The notes under the pieces are model-generated. The model ran no database searches, had not been told where the DNA came from, and saw only the letters and a program-made list of their open reading frames with translations. The translations under genes were made by a program, and so were the position numbers. DNA of 64,000 bases, taken from an uncultured Planctomycetota bacterium. GTDB lineage: Bacteria > Planctomycetota > Phycisphaerae > Tepidisphaerales > Tepidisphaeraceae. The stretch covers positions 224,001 to 288,000 of the forward strand of contig CAWJEN010000006.1 in the NCBI GenBank assembly GCA_963841915.1, in the 5' to 3' direction. This document shows positions 11,676 through 22,064 of the stretch, one piece after another (the first letter of the stretch is position 1; each line of letters begins with the position of its first letter).

Positions 11676-12476
11676 ATGCCCACTACGAAACTCATCCCCC
11701 TGCTCGCCGCCACCGCCGCGGTTGCCGTATCTGCCCTGCCGTCGTCAGCCGCTGTTGTGCTGAGCGAAGACTTCGAAACCGATTTCGGAGTGTTCACAAA
11801 CAGGACGAGGAGCTTCCTCACCACGAACGGCGGTACTAACGCAAATGTTTCTGGAGCTGGTGCTCAATACGCTCGTATCAACGACAACCGCCCCGGCCCT
11901 GGTTTCCCCAATGCCGAGTCGGGATTACTAAGCACTAATCTCGACGGGACCGGCTTCTCTGAGCCAATCGAAGGATCCGTCTTCTCGATCGATTTCCTGT
12001 TCTACGAAGAGAGCATCGCCGGGCAGACAGATCCGATGTACGTACGAACCGGATCTTCTAACGCCAGCGGCAGTTCCGAAGTGGACGTTCGACTGGACGA
12101 TGGAACGATTTCTGCTTATCTCACATCAGATTCAGTCACGACATCGGCTGTGACCTACTCCTTGGGCGCCGCAAACAATCTTCGCATCGTTGCAAACGAT
12201 TCGACGGATGCTGTCGTCTACGACGGCGTCAACAGTCTCCTTCCCAACACCTACGACGTCTTCCTGACGAATTCTCTTGGTGTCACGGCGCTGGCACTGG
12301 ACAACGTTCCCTATCGGAGCACGCAGACCACCAACCTTTTTGCGTTCCAATCATTCTCCAACGACAGGCAAACGCTCATTGTCGACAACGTCTTGATTCA
12401 GACGGTCGTCCCCGAGCCGTCCTCGGTCGCGGCCCTGTCGCTGCTGAGCCTCGTCGGCCTGCGGCGTCGTCGCTGA
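11676..12476 (+). CDS. PEP-CTERM sorting-domain protein
   Basis: GAGGAG RBS, signal peptide, C-terminal VPEPSS + hydrophobic + RRRR. Confidence 0.9.
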   Translation: MPTTKLIPLLAATAAVAVSALPSSAAVVLSEDFETDFGVFTNRTRSFLTTNGGTNANVSGAGAQYARINDNRPGPGFPNAESGLLSTNLDGTGFSEPIEGSVFSIDFLFYEESIAGQTDPMYVRTGSSNASGSSEVDVRLDDGTISAYLTSDSVTTSAVTYSLGAANNLRIVANDSTDAVVYDGVNSLLPNTYDVFLTNSLGVTALALDNVPYRSTQTTNLFAFQSFSNDRQTLIVDNVLIQTVVPEPSSVAALSLLSLVGLRRRR

Positions 12477-12502
12477 TCCTGACAACAATCCTCCGCCTGA
12501 AC

Positions 12503-12532
12503 GGCCTGAGTCGCAACGCGACTCAGGCCTTT
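12503..12532 (+). terminator. Intrinsic terminator-like hairpin
   Basis: GGCCTGAGTCGC-AAC-GCGACTCAGGCC followed by TTT; overlaps the convergent DUF423 stop. Confidence 0.65.
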
Positions 12533-12915
12533 GTCGTTGATAACCGCTCACGCCGCATTGCGGTGACGATCAACGTCGCCCACCCCGCCATCAGCAACAG
12601 GCCACCGATGGGTGTGACCGCACCGAGCCGCCGCTGACCCGTGATCGCCAGCGCGTACAACGTGCCGGCGAAGATCACCGTGCCGACCGCAAACAGCCAC
12701 ACCGCCACGCCGCCGGCCTTGCCGAGGCGGTCGATGAAGCCGCACATCGCCAGAATGGCCAACGCGTGGTAGGCGTGATACCGGGCCCCGGTCTCGAAAA
12801 CCGCAATGAGATCCGGCTCGACGCGATCCTTCAGCACGTGTGCCCCAAATGTGCCCGCCGCGACGGCCGTGAGGCCGAGCGTGGCCGCAATGGTCAGTGT
12901 GGTGCGGAACTGCAT
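12523..12915 (-). CDS. DUF423 (YgdD/TMEM256-like) membrane protein
   Basis: AGTFGAHVL, FETGARYHAYHALA, GAVTPIGG motifs. Confidence 0.85.
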   Translation of the reverse strand: MQFRTTLTIAATLGLTAVAAGTFGAHVLKDRVEPDLIAVFETGARYHAYHALAILAMCGFIDRLGKAGGVAVWLFAVGTVIFAGTLYALAITGQRRLGAVTPIGGLLLMAGWATLIVTAMRRERLSTTKA

Positions 12916-13880
12916 CAGACGGCCGCGTGGCTGTGTACTTGCTGCTCGGCGTGGTAGCTCGATCGCACCAGCGGGCCGCTCTCGACGTGCCGCAGGCCCT
13001 TGGCCTCGCCGCGATACTTCCACTCGGCGAACTCGTCGGGGTGAACCCAGCGGTCGACCGGCAGATGTCGTTGCGTCGGTTGCAGGTACTGGCCCAGCGT
13101 GAGGATGTCGCAGCCGATGCTGACGAGGTCGTCGATGACGAGGTCGACCTCGTGCTCCTCTTCGCCGATGCCGAGCATCAGGCCGGTTTTCGTCAGCATG
13201 CCTTGCTGCTTGCACCGCTGCAGCAGATCGAGGCTGCGGCGGTACTTGGCCTGCGGGCGAACCTTGTAGTAGATCCGCGGAACGCTCTCGAGGTTGTGGT
13301 TCAGGATGTCCGGGGCGGCATTGATGACGAGTTGCAAGGCGTCCCAGTTGCCCTCGAAGTCGGGGATCAGCACCTCGACGCTCGTGCCCGGCGACTGCTT
13401 CCGGATCTCATTGATCGTGTCGGCCCAGACCTGTGCCCCGCCGTCGGGCAGTTCGTCACGGTTGACGCTCGTGATGACGGCGTGGCCGAGGCCCATCGTG
13501 GCCACCGCGTCGCCGACGCGTCGTGGCTCGTCGGGGTCGTTCCACGTCGGCCGACCAGTCTTGATGTTGCAGAAGCCGCAGGCGCGGGTGCAGGTGTCGC
13601 CCAGGATCATCAGTGTCGCCGTGCCGCCACCCGAAGCGTTCCAGCATTCGCCGATGTTGGGGCACTTGGCCTCTTCGCAGACGGTGTGCAGGTTCTGCTC
13701 GCGGACGAGCTGCTTGAGCCGCCCATACCCCTTGCCGGCGGGCATTTTCATCTTGAGCCACGAGGGCTTGCGGCCGTTGAGCAGCGACCGCTCGGCCACA
13801 CCCATTCCACCCGCCGCCCCGCCACATGCGGGTCCGGTCGGCTTCTCATCAACGACGGTCAGGGCAAGCTTCATCGGCAC
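12915..13880 (-). CDS. lipA: Lipoyl synthase
   Basis: [20 protein letters not shown] radical-SAM motif, VRSSYHA. Confidence 0.95.
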   Translation of the reverse strand: MPMKLALTVVDEKPTGPACGGAAGGMGVAERSLLNGRKPSWLKMKMPAGKGYGRLKQLVREQNLHTVCEEAKCPNIGECWNASGGGTATLMILGDTCTRACGFCNIKTGRPTWNDPDEPRRVGDAVATMGLGHAVITSVNRDELPDGGAQVWADTINEIRKQSPGTSVEVLIPDFEGNWDALQLVINAAPDILNHNLESVPRIYYKVRPQAKYRRSLDLLQRCKQQGMLTKTGLMLGIGEEEHEVDLVIDDLVSIGCDILTLGQYLQPTQRHLPVDRWVHPDEFAEWKYRGEAKGLRHVESGPLVRSSYHAEQQVHSHAAV

Positions 13881-13928
13881 AAGAGTCTACGAGTCGCCGC
13901 AGCCGTGAGTTTCGCGATAAGGTGCGAC

Positions 13929-14654
13929 ATGCCGCAAATCCCGCTCGGTCCTGGTCACGAACCTGCCACGCTCCACTGGATGCCGGTCGAGGGTGCGAAG
14001 GACGCCGTCGTCGTCCTGCCCGGCGGCGGGTACTCGTTCTGCAGCGACCGAGAGGCCGAGAACGTCGGCGCCTGGCTCAACGGCCTTGGCCTCTCGGCGT
14101 CCATCCTGCGTTATCGCGTCGCGCCGCACCGCCAGCCGGCACCACTCGAGGACGCCCTCGAAGCCGTCCGCCAAACACGTGCCCACGACGGTGTCGACCG
14201 GGTCGGCGTCATCGGCTTCTCCGCCGGCGGTCACCTTGCCGGCTGGACGTCGTGCGTCGGCACCGGTGACGCCCGGCCTGACGTGGCCTTGCTCTGCTAC
14301 CCCGTCGTCTCTCTCCAGCCGCCCTACGCCCACGGTGGCTCTCGCGACAACCTCCTCGGCAAAGACGCCCACGAAGAACCCATCAAGAACCTGTCGCTCG
14401 AGACGATGCTCCACGCCGAGGTGCCGCCGATGTTCCTGTGGCACACCACCGAGGACAAACCGGTGCCGTCACAGAACTCGATGCTGATCGCGATGAAGCT
14501 GGCCGACTTCAACGTGCCGTACGAGTTGCACATCTACGAACGCGGCAAACACGGCCTGGGCCTACTCGATGATGACGACACCGCACCACGCGAGGTCGCC
14601 AGCTGGATGGACCACGCCGCCGAGTTTTTGAGGCGACGCGGGTTCGGCTCCTGA
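13929..14654 (+). CDS. Alpha/beta hydrolase (esterase)
   Basis: PGGGY, GFSAGGHL nucleophile elbow, D..V and HGLG. Confidence 0.88.
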   Translation: MPQIPLGPGHEPATLHWMPVEGAKDAVVVLPGGGYSFCSDREAENVGAWLNGLGLSASILRYRVAPHRQPAPLEDALEAVRQTRAHDGVDRVGVIGFSAGGHLAGWTSCVGTGDARPDVALLCYPVVSLQPPYAHGGSRDNLLGKDAHEEPIKNLSLETMLHAEVPPMFLWHTTEDKPVPSQNSMLIAMKLADFNVPYELHIYERGKHGLGLLDDDDTAPREVASWMDHAAEFLRRRGFGS

Positions 14655-14659
14655 ATGGT

Positions 14660-15490
14660 TCAGAAGGCTGCTGAATCCGCTTCATGGTCCGGACACGCGT
14701 CTTTTGCACCGGGCTCCGTGCAGAGGCGGACAACGGTCCCGCCGTAGGCGTCTTTGCAGCGGACGCAGACTTCGCTCGGCCCGCCGCTGGCGACGACCTT
14801 GCCGTGTCGCATGACGCTGATGTCGTCGGCACAGACCATCGCCTCGCGTGGGTCGTGTGTGACCATCAGCACCGCCACGCCTGCCGACCGAAGCACGTCG
14901 AGCGTGTCGTCTCGAACGCGGTCGCGCAGCGTCTGGTCGAGGCCGCTGAACGGCTCATCGAGGAGCATCACCTTCGGGTCGCGGGCCAAAGCGCGGGCGA
15001 GGGCGACGCGTTGCTGCTGGCCGCCTGAGAGCGTGTGCGGCATCGCCTTGGCGTAGCCGCTCATGCCGACGCGGGCGAGCAGGACGTCTGCCGCGGCAAC
15101 GTTGTCACGCCTCCTGCCGTTCATGCCGAACGTCACGTTTTTCCGCACGTTGAGGTGTGGGAACAGGGCGTAATCCTGGAAGACGAAGCCGACGGGCCGA
15201 TGCTCGGGCGGCATGAAGTGTCGGCCGGCCACGCACTGACCGTTGATCGTGATGCAGCCGCTCGAGGGCCTTTCGAAGCCGGCGACGAGTCGCAGCAGCG
15301 TTGTCTTGCCGCTGCCCGAGTCGCCGAGCAGGCAATGGACGCGACCGGGTGTGAGTTCGAGGTCGACGCCGTCGACGACAACCGGCCCGCGGCTGTAGCT
15401 GTGGCGGAGCTGCTTGACGCGAACCACCGGCTCACGATCAAGTCGTTGCCCGCGACGCAGCTGAACGAGTTTGGGCGGCGGGACGGTCAT
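14660..15490 (-). CDS. fbpC: Fe3+ ABC transporter ATP-binding protein
   Basis: GDSGSGKT, FQDYALFPHL, LSGGQQQRVALARAL, LLDEPFS; operon context. Confidence 0.8.
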   Translation of the reverse strand: MTVPPPKLVQLRRGQRLDREPVVRVKQLRHSYSRGPVVVDGVDLELTPGRVHCLLGDSGSGKTTLLRLVAGFERPSSGCITINGQCVAGRHFMPPEHRPVGFVFQDYALFPHLNVRKNVTFGMNGRRRDNVAAADVLLARVGMSGYAKAMPHTLSGGQQQRVALARALARDPKVMLLDEPFSGLDQTLRDRVRDDTLDVLRSAGVAVLMVTHDPREAMVCADDISVMRHGKVVASGGPSEVCVRCKDAYGGTVVRLCTEPGAKDACPDHEADSAAF

Positions 15491-15545
15491 ACGACGGTCA
15501 CCACGTTAGCAGCTTGAACCTGCCCGTTGCGACGGAGTGTCAACA

Positions 15546-17223
15546 TCAACGCGTCGGGTCGGCCGGTTGCACGACTGCCGGCTTGCGGCGGCCGGTCGCG
15601 TCCAGCAGCGTCGACAGCACCACCACTGGCACCAGCCCGACCGCCATGATGGCCAAGGCTCCGAAGCTCGCCTCTTCGAGCCGTTCGTCGCCCGCCAGCT
15701 GGTGGACGCGAACCGCAAGCGTGTCGAAATCGAACGGCCGCAACATCAGCGTCGCCGGTAGTTCCTTGGCCACGTCGACGAAGACCAGCAGCATTGCCGC
15801 CAGCACGCTCGCCCGCAGCATCGGCACGTGGACCCGCACGAGCAACCGCAGCCCGCTTGTGCCGAGGCTGCGGGCCGCGTCGTCGACGCTGGGCTTGATC
15901 CGAGTCAGCCCGCCTTCGACCATCGCCAATGCGACCCCGAGAAAGCGAGTCTGGTAGCCGATGACGACGGCCACGATGCTGCCTGTCAGCACGAGGCCCG
16001 GCGTCCAATCGAACCATGCCCGCGTCATGTCGTTCATCCGAAAATCCAGCCACGCCAGCGGCGTCAGCAGGCCCAACGCGATCACCGTGCCCGGCACCGC
16101 GTAACCGACGCCCGCAACGCGTCCGGCGAGCTTCGTCGACAGTCGCCGCGACATGCGGCGGCCGTAGGCGACGACGCAGCGCCAGTGCTGTCGCGATGAC
16201 GCACGCGATGGCGGCGAGCGTCACGGTGTTGCGGCCGAACGTCGTAGCGACCTCGACGGCTCGGGCGTCGCCGACCGTGAGCGCCATGTGCGTGAACAGG
16301 CCGGCCGGGATACCAAAGCCGATCAGCACCGGAATCAGGCAGACAACGACGCAGGCGACAGCCGCCAGCGGACCGACGTCGAATCGCGGCGGCACCGGGT
16401 GACGGCCGCCGACCGCGTGGTGCCTGCCGCCTCGTCGGGCCAGCTTCTCGACGGCCACAAGCACTACGACCACCGTCAGCAGCATCGTCGCCAGCCCTGC
16501 GGCAGCGCCGGGTGCTTCGTAGTCACGCCACGCTCGGAAGACGCCGGTGGCAAAGGTGTCAAAGCCGCAGTAGTCGGCAACGCCGAAGTCGGCCAGCGTT
16601 TCCATGACGACCAGCGTCGCCCCGGCCGCAACGGGTGGCCGGGCCAGCGGCAGGGCCACGCGAAAGAACGACGGCCAGGGCCCGCGACCCAGCGATCGTC
16701 CGACCTCCATGGCCGCCCCGGCGTGTTCATGAAAGGCCGTACGGGCGGCGAGGTAGACGTACGGATAAAGAGAAAAGCCCAGCAGCACCGCCGCCCCGCC
16801 GACCGAGTCGATCGGCGGGAACCAGTAGTCTCGGCGGCCCCAGTCGAATGTCTCACGCAGCAGCGTCTGCACCGGACCCGTAAAGCGGAGCAGATCGACG
16901 TACGCGTAGGCCGACACGTACGCCGGCACCGCCAGCGGCAGGAGCAACGCCCACCGAAGCGTGCGCCTGCCCGGAAAATTGCAGGTCGTCACAAGCCAGG
17001 CCGTTGCGACTCCGACGACGACGGCAATGGCCACGACGCCGACGGCAAGCAAAGCCGTGTTGAGTGCGTAGTCGCTCAGCCGCGTCTCGACAAGGTGCGG
17101 CCACTCCGGGGATGCCACACCGCCGACGGCCTCGATCAGGACCGTCACGATCGGCACCGCGACCAAGGCAGACACGGCAACGCACGCGATCGGCCAAGGG
17201 TTGAAGGAGCGGAGACGTGGCAC
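15546..17223 (-). CDS. fbpB: Fe3+ ABC transporter permease, apparent +1 indel ~16177
   Basis: LPLAVPAYV, YPYVYLAAR, ETLADFG; second frame GYAVPGTVIA, KELPATLMLRPFDFDTLA. Confidence 0.85.
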
Positions 17224-17284
17224 AGTGCTGCAGTGTTGTCACGTCTCAGTAGAAGTCGCCGCTCCAGCGAAGGCCGCGTGTTGC

Positions 17285-18293
17285 TTATCTCCAGCCGGCG
17301 CGATCCATAATGCGAACGGCTTCCTTGTTGTTGTCGCCCAGCTCTGCCGCGTTGAGCGCATCTTCCTTGAAATCGCCGAAGTTTTTCAAGACGTCCGGCA
17401 GCTCGACGCCGTCGACGACCGGGTACTCGTAGTTGTCGACGGCATAGATCGCCTGCGCTTCGGGAGTCGCCAGGAACTCCAGCAACTTCACGGCGTTTTC
17501 GCGGTTGGGCGCATGCTTGGCGATTCCGGCACCACTGACGTTGACGTGCGCGCCGCGGCCATCCTGGTTCGGGAAGATCAGCTTGAGCTTCGAGGCCGCC
17601 TCGCGGTCGCCGGCGTCATCGCCGTCGAGCATGCGGGCGAAGTAGTAGTGGTTCGAGATGGCGATTTCGCCCTCACCGGCCGCAACGCCGCGAATCTGGT
17701 CGCGGTCACCGCCGCGTGGGGCACGGGCCAGATTTTCGACGACGCCCTCACACCACGCCGTTGCCGCGTCGACGCCGTCGTTGGCGATCAGGCTGGCGAC
17801 GAGGCTCTGGTTGTAGATGTTCGAGCTCGACCGCACGAGCAGCCCACCCTCGGGCTTGTCGCCGGCAAGGTCCTCGTACGTCTTGATCAGGCCGTCCGGC
17901 AGGTCGGGCGAGACGATGATCACACGCACCCGCTTGCTGAAGCCGTACCAAAGTCCCTCAGGATGTCGCAGGTTCTGGGGAATAACGCCCAAAGCTTCGC
18001 TTGCGAACGGCTGCAGCACGTCGGCCTCGACTGCTTTGTGCAGACGGCCGGCGTCGACCGCAATGAACACGTCGGCCGGGCTCAGTTCGCCTTCCCGCGT
18101 CATCCGCTCGAGCAACTGGTCGGCGTCGCCTTCGATGCGATTGACGGCGATGCCCGTCTTCTCGAGTGAACAGCTCGTACATCGCGTCGTCGGTGTCGTA
18201 GTGCCGAGACGTGTAGACGTTCACCTCTCCCGCCGCAGCGGCAGAGCCAGCGACGGCGAGGAGTCCGGCAAGACAGTGGAGAACCTTGAACAT
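17285..18293 (-). CDS. fbpA: Fe3+ ABC transporter substrate-binding protein (FutA/FbpA-like), apparent +1 indel ~18164
   Basis: Signal peptide + VNVYTSRHYDTD; SPADVFIAVDAGRL, RSSSNIYNQSL, NHYY iron-ligand Tyr pair. Confidence 0.88.
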
Positions 18294-18317
18294 GATCCCG
18301 CCACTGTAGCGCGTTGG

Positions 18318-18334
18318 TTGATCCTGAGTCTCAA
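18318..18334. promoter_or_regulatory. Putative Fur-like operator upstream of the iron ABC operon
   Basis: TTGATCCTGAGTCTCAA within a longer imperfect palindrome (18311-18340), ~25 bp from the fbpA start. Confidence 0.45.
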
Positions 18335-18389
18335 CAACGCGATGCAGCAGGAACCGACGCGTGGGGGCAGTTCCCGCTACCATGCCGCG

Positions 18390-18677
18390 GTGCCCGATCC
18401 ATCCCCAGAGCCACCCACAGAAGACTTCGTCGCCCGCTACCGTCGCGAGGAGCGCGACACCAAGATGCGACAAAGCGCAACGGGTGTCGGCATCGAGTTC
18501 GCCACCACCGTCGCCATGACCTGCCTGCTCGGCTGGGGCTTTGACGCCTGGCGGGACACGTCGCCGATCGGCCTGTTGGTCGGCCTGTTCGTCGGGCTCG
18601 GGGTGGCCTTCTACCGCCTCGTCCTCGTCGCCAACGGCATGACGAAGGCCAACATCAAGAAGAAAGGCGATGCGTGA
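18390..18677 (+). CDS. AtpZ/AtpI-family small membrane protein
   Basis: GIEFA..LLGWGFD.W.DTSP.GLLVGL pattern at head of atp operon; GTG start inferred. Confidence 0.75.
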   Translation: MPDPSPEPPTEDFVARYRREERDTKMRQSATGVGIEFATTVAMTCLLGWGFDAWRDTSPIGLLVGLFVGLGVAFYRLVLVANGMTKANIKKKGDA

Positions 18678-19120
18678 CCCCGAGCGGCCCCGCCTCGGTC
18701 TATCGGCCGACGATTCTGACGCTCGTGCTCGCAGTCACCGTGCTGGCTGGGGTGGTGGCGTTGTTCGGGCGTGACGGCTGGTGGCAGGCTTTTGCCGCGG
18801 CGTCAGTGGCAGCGATTGTCGCAACGGCCGTGACGTTGCCGTTGCTGGCAAGCTCGCTACGGTTGCCGCCCGACCTGGCCGGCCCGCGTGTGCTGGCGGT
18901 CGGGATGCTGCGGGCGATGGTCACGTTGGGCGTGGCCGGGGCCGCCGTTCTGGTCGCCGAGACGCCGATGCGTCCGACGGCCTTGATGGCAGTCGGCCTC
19001 TACTTCGCCCTGCTCACCGCCGAGACGCTCGCCGCTAGCCGCGTCGTCGCCACCCAGCCGCCTCCCACTTTGCCCGACGCTTCGTCCAACAGCGACGCTT
19101 CCCCCGAACCGCAAGCCTGA
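18674..19120 (+). CDS. ATP synthase protein I-like membrane protein
   Basis: Four hydrophobic segments; overlaps neighbours; directly upstream of atpB. Confidence 0.6.
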   Translation: MTPSGPASVYRPTILTLVLAVTVLAGVVALFGRDGWWQAFAAASVAAIVATAVTLPLLASSLRLPPDLAGPRVLAVGMLRAMVTLGVAGAAVLVAETPMRPTALMAVGLYFALLTAETLAASRVVATQPPPTLPDASSNSDASPEPQA

Positions 19121-20049
19121 TGATGAGCCTGCCAATCCTGCTACCTCTGGCGGCCGACAACCCGCTGACGCACGTCGTTGACCACGTCCGCTGGGCCACC
19201 GACGGCGGCTTGGCGCTCGTGACGAACCACATGATCATGATGGTCATCGCGGCCGTCATCATGCTGCTGGTTCTGCCGATCGTCACCCGCAAGTACCAGT
19301 CGGGCGACATCGTCCTCACCGGTAAGGGTGCCAACTTCCTCGAGGCGATGATGCTCTTCGTCCGTGACGAGGTGGCCAAGCCCGTCCTCGGGCACGACAC
19401 GCACAAGTACATCGGCTTCCTCTGGACGCTGTTCTTCTTCATCCTGACCTGCAACCTGCTGGGCCTGCTGCCGCTCGACGCGCTGCAGGCACCGCTGACC
19501 CGCACCGGCTACTACCCGATCTACGGCACCGCCACCGCCAACATCGCCGTGACGGCCGTTCTGGCGAGCTTCGCCTTCATCTACTGGAACCTGGCCGGCC
19601 TCAAGGCGACCGGCATCGGCCCGTGGGCCGCCCACTTCACCGGCGGCGCTCCGTGGTACATGTGGCCGATCATGATCCCGGTCGAGATCCTGGGCCTCTT
19701 CGTCAAGCCCTTCGCCCTGGCCATCCGCCTGTTCGCCAACATGACCGCCGGTCACGTGCTGGTGGCGGTGCTGGTCAGCTTCACGCTCGACGGCTTCAAC
19801 GCCGGCGGCATCGGTGCTGCCATCGGCCTGGGCGTACCGGTCGTCCTGGGCACGGTCGCCATCATGCTGCTGGAGCTGTTCGTCGCCTTCCTGCAGGCGT
19901 ACATCTTCACGTTCCTGACCTGCGTCTTCATCGGCCAGCTCGTCAGCCACCACGGCGAAGACCACCACGCCGAGCATGATGCCGACCACACCCGCAACAT
20001 GGAAGCCAACAGCATGCCCGAGCACGCCATCGGCGCCGGCGCGGTGTGA
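19120..20049 (+). CDS. atpB: F0F1 ATP synthase subunit a
   Basis: NLLGLLP, KPFALAIRLFANMTAGH, ELFVAFLQAYIF. Confidence 0.95.
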   Translation: MMSLPILLPLAADNPLTHVVDHVRWATDGGLALVTNHMIMMVIAAVIMLLVLPIVTRKYQSGDIVLTGKGANFLEAMMLFVRDEVAKPVLGHDTHKYIGFLWTLFFFILTCNLLGLLPLDALQAPLTRTGYYPIYGTATANIAVTAVLASFAFIYWNLAGLKATGIGPWAAHFTGGAPWYMWPIMIPVEILGLFVKPFALAIRLFANMTAGHVLVAVLVSFTLDGFNAGGIGAAIGLGVPVVLGTVAIMLLELFVAFLQAYIFTFLTCVFIGQLVSHHGEDHHAEHDADHTRNMEANSMPEHAIGAGAV

Positions 20050-20240
20050 GACGCAGTCTGCGGTGTAAGACACAATTTTCGGCTCTGACGCACGCGGTGC
20101 GGGTTGGCGTCCATGAGGGATTAGTCCGTGAGCCATCTTCAGGCCCGACCGCACCGGGCCGGGGTCCGATCGACCCGCTTCACCGAAAGCAACGATCGCG
20201 GGACGTCGCCACCCGACAAGCGACACCACACCCACACACC

Positions 20241-20591
20241 ATGAACATCAAGAAGCACCTCCTGGTTGCCTTGGCCGTCGCCTTCGGCGCGATTCTCTTC
20301 ACCGCCGACACCGCTAGCGCTCAGGCGTTGACGGCCGAGCAGCAGATCGAAGTCGCCGAGGCCACCGCGGCCTTCGGCAGCAACGGTCTGGCCGCCCTGG
20401 GCAAGGCCATCGGCCTTGGCCTCATCATCATCGGTGCCGGTAAGGGCATCGGCATGATCGGCAGCCACAGCGTCGACGCCACCGCCCGTCAGCCCGAGGC
20501 CGCCGGCAACATCTTCCAGAGCAGCATCATCCTGGCCGCCCTCATCGAAGGTGCGACGCTGTTCGCCATCGTCGTCGTGCTGATCGCCTGA
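20241..20591 (+). CDS. atpE: F0F1 ATP synthase subunit c with N-terminal signal-like extension
   Basis: GAGKGIG, ARQPEA loop, ALIEG carboxylate. Confidence 0.93.
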   Translation: MNIKKHLLVALAVAFGAILFTADTASAQALTAEQQIEVAEATAAFGSNGLAALGKAIGLGLIIIGAGKGIGMIGSHSVDATARQPEAAGNIFQSSIILAALIEGATLFAIVVVLIA

Positions 20592-20691
20592 GCGATCACG
20601 CCACGCCCGAACTGTCACGCCCCGCGTGTGACAACCGCCCGGCGGGGGCGTAACTTTCCCCGCCCGGCTTTACTCGCTACTGCACCACCTC

Positions 20692-21380
20692 ATGACCGTC
20701 GCCCGCCCCAGCCGCTTCATCGTCGCCGTCGCCCTCCTGAGCGTGCCGCTCCTGTCCGCGCTGGCCTCGGCAGCGGAGACCGCTCACTCAGACGACACCC
20801 ATGTCGTTGCTGCCGACGGTCACGGCGACAACGGACACGGCGACGCAGGACACGGCGATCCGAGCGTCATCCCGCCGCTGTCGCCGCCGCCTTCATCCCG
20901 GCGCTGACAACGCTGCTCATCTTCGGCGGCCTCGTGCTCGTCCTGGGCAAGACCGCCTGGGGCCCGGTCGCAGCCGGCCTGCAGAAGCGTGAAGACAAGA
21001 TCCGCGGCGACGTCGAAGCCGCCGAGGCCGCCCGTCGCGAGGCCGAGGAAGCCCGCGAGCAGTACCGCCAGGAGATGGCCGGTGCCGAGGCACGTGTTCG
21101 TGACCTGATGGCCCAGGCTCAGGCTGATGGCCAGCAGCTGGCGACCCGCATCAAGATGCAGGCCCAGGAAGACTCCGAAGAGATCAAGGAGCGGGCCAAC
21201 CGCGAAATCGAGCAGACGCGTCGCGACGCGATCGAAGACGTCCGCCGCGAAGCCGCCGTGCTGGCGACGGCCGTTGCCGAGAAGATTCTGCGTCGCGAAA
21301 TCACCGCTGAGGACCAGCAGGCCCTTGTCGACGCCAGTCTCGACGAGCTCGAGAAGAACCGTGAGACGGTGGATGCATGA
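20692..21380 (+). CDS. atpF: F0F1 ATP synthase subunit b, apparent -1 indel ~20882
   Basis: LLIFGGLVLVLGKTAWGPV..L.KRE.KI + coiled coil; signal/His-rich N-terminus in the other frame. Confidence 0.88.
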
Positions 21381-21465
21381 GGGTGAAGAGCAGGAGGAGG
21401 CGACGCGTCGCCACTCCCGACTTTTGCCTCGTCATTCGAACCTCACTCCTCTTTCCTGATTTGTC

Positions 21466-22005
21466 ATGATCCAGCAGCCCACGCCCGAAGCCCACGCCTA
21501 CGCCGCCGCCCTTGCGGAGCTGGCCGAGGAGAACAACGCCGTCGAGCCCGTCGCCAACGACGCCGGCGCGTTGCGCGAGGCCCTGTCGGACAATCCCGAG
21601 TTCGCCGACTTCCTGAAGAACCCGTCGATCGAGGAAAGCGAAAAGCAGACCGTCCTCGACAACGCCCTTTCCGACGCTCACCAGCTTGTCAAGAACTTCG
21701 TCGGCCTGATGAACTCGCGTGGCCGTCTCGGCATCCTGCCTGAGACGCTCGAAGCCTTCGAAGTCCTTCTCGACGAGAAGCTCGGCAAGGTCGAAGCCGA
21801 CCTGACGGTCGCCCAGAAACTCGACGACGACGCCCTCGAACGCGTCCGCAGCCGCGTCGGCAAAGCCTTCGGCCGCGACGCCGTCGTTCACCAGTACGTC
21901 GACCCCGAAATCATCGGCGGCCTCGTCCTCAAGGTCGGTGACCAGGTCATCGACGCCAGCGTCCGACGCCAGCTCGAAGCGATGCGCGAACGCCTGCTGA
22001 AGTAG
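21466..22005 (+). CDS. atpH: F0F1 ATP synthase subunit delta
   Basis: [27 protein letters not shown]. Confidence 0.93.
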   Translation: MIQQPTPEAHAYAAALAELAEENNAVEPVANDAGALREALSDNPEFADFLKNPSIEESEKQTVLDNALSDAHQLVKNFVGLMNSRGRLGILPETLEAFEVLLDEKLGKVEADLTVAQKLDDDALERVRSRVGKAFGRDAVVHQYVDPEIIGGLVLKVGDQVIDASVRRQLEAMRERLLK

Positions 22006-22064
22006 TTTCCGCTTTCTTTCGCCGCACCGCCTGTCACCGACTCCGCTCCGCCCCCACCCAGATC

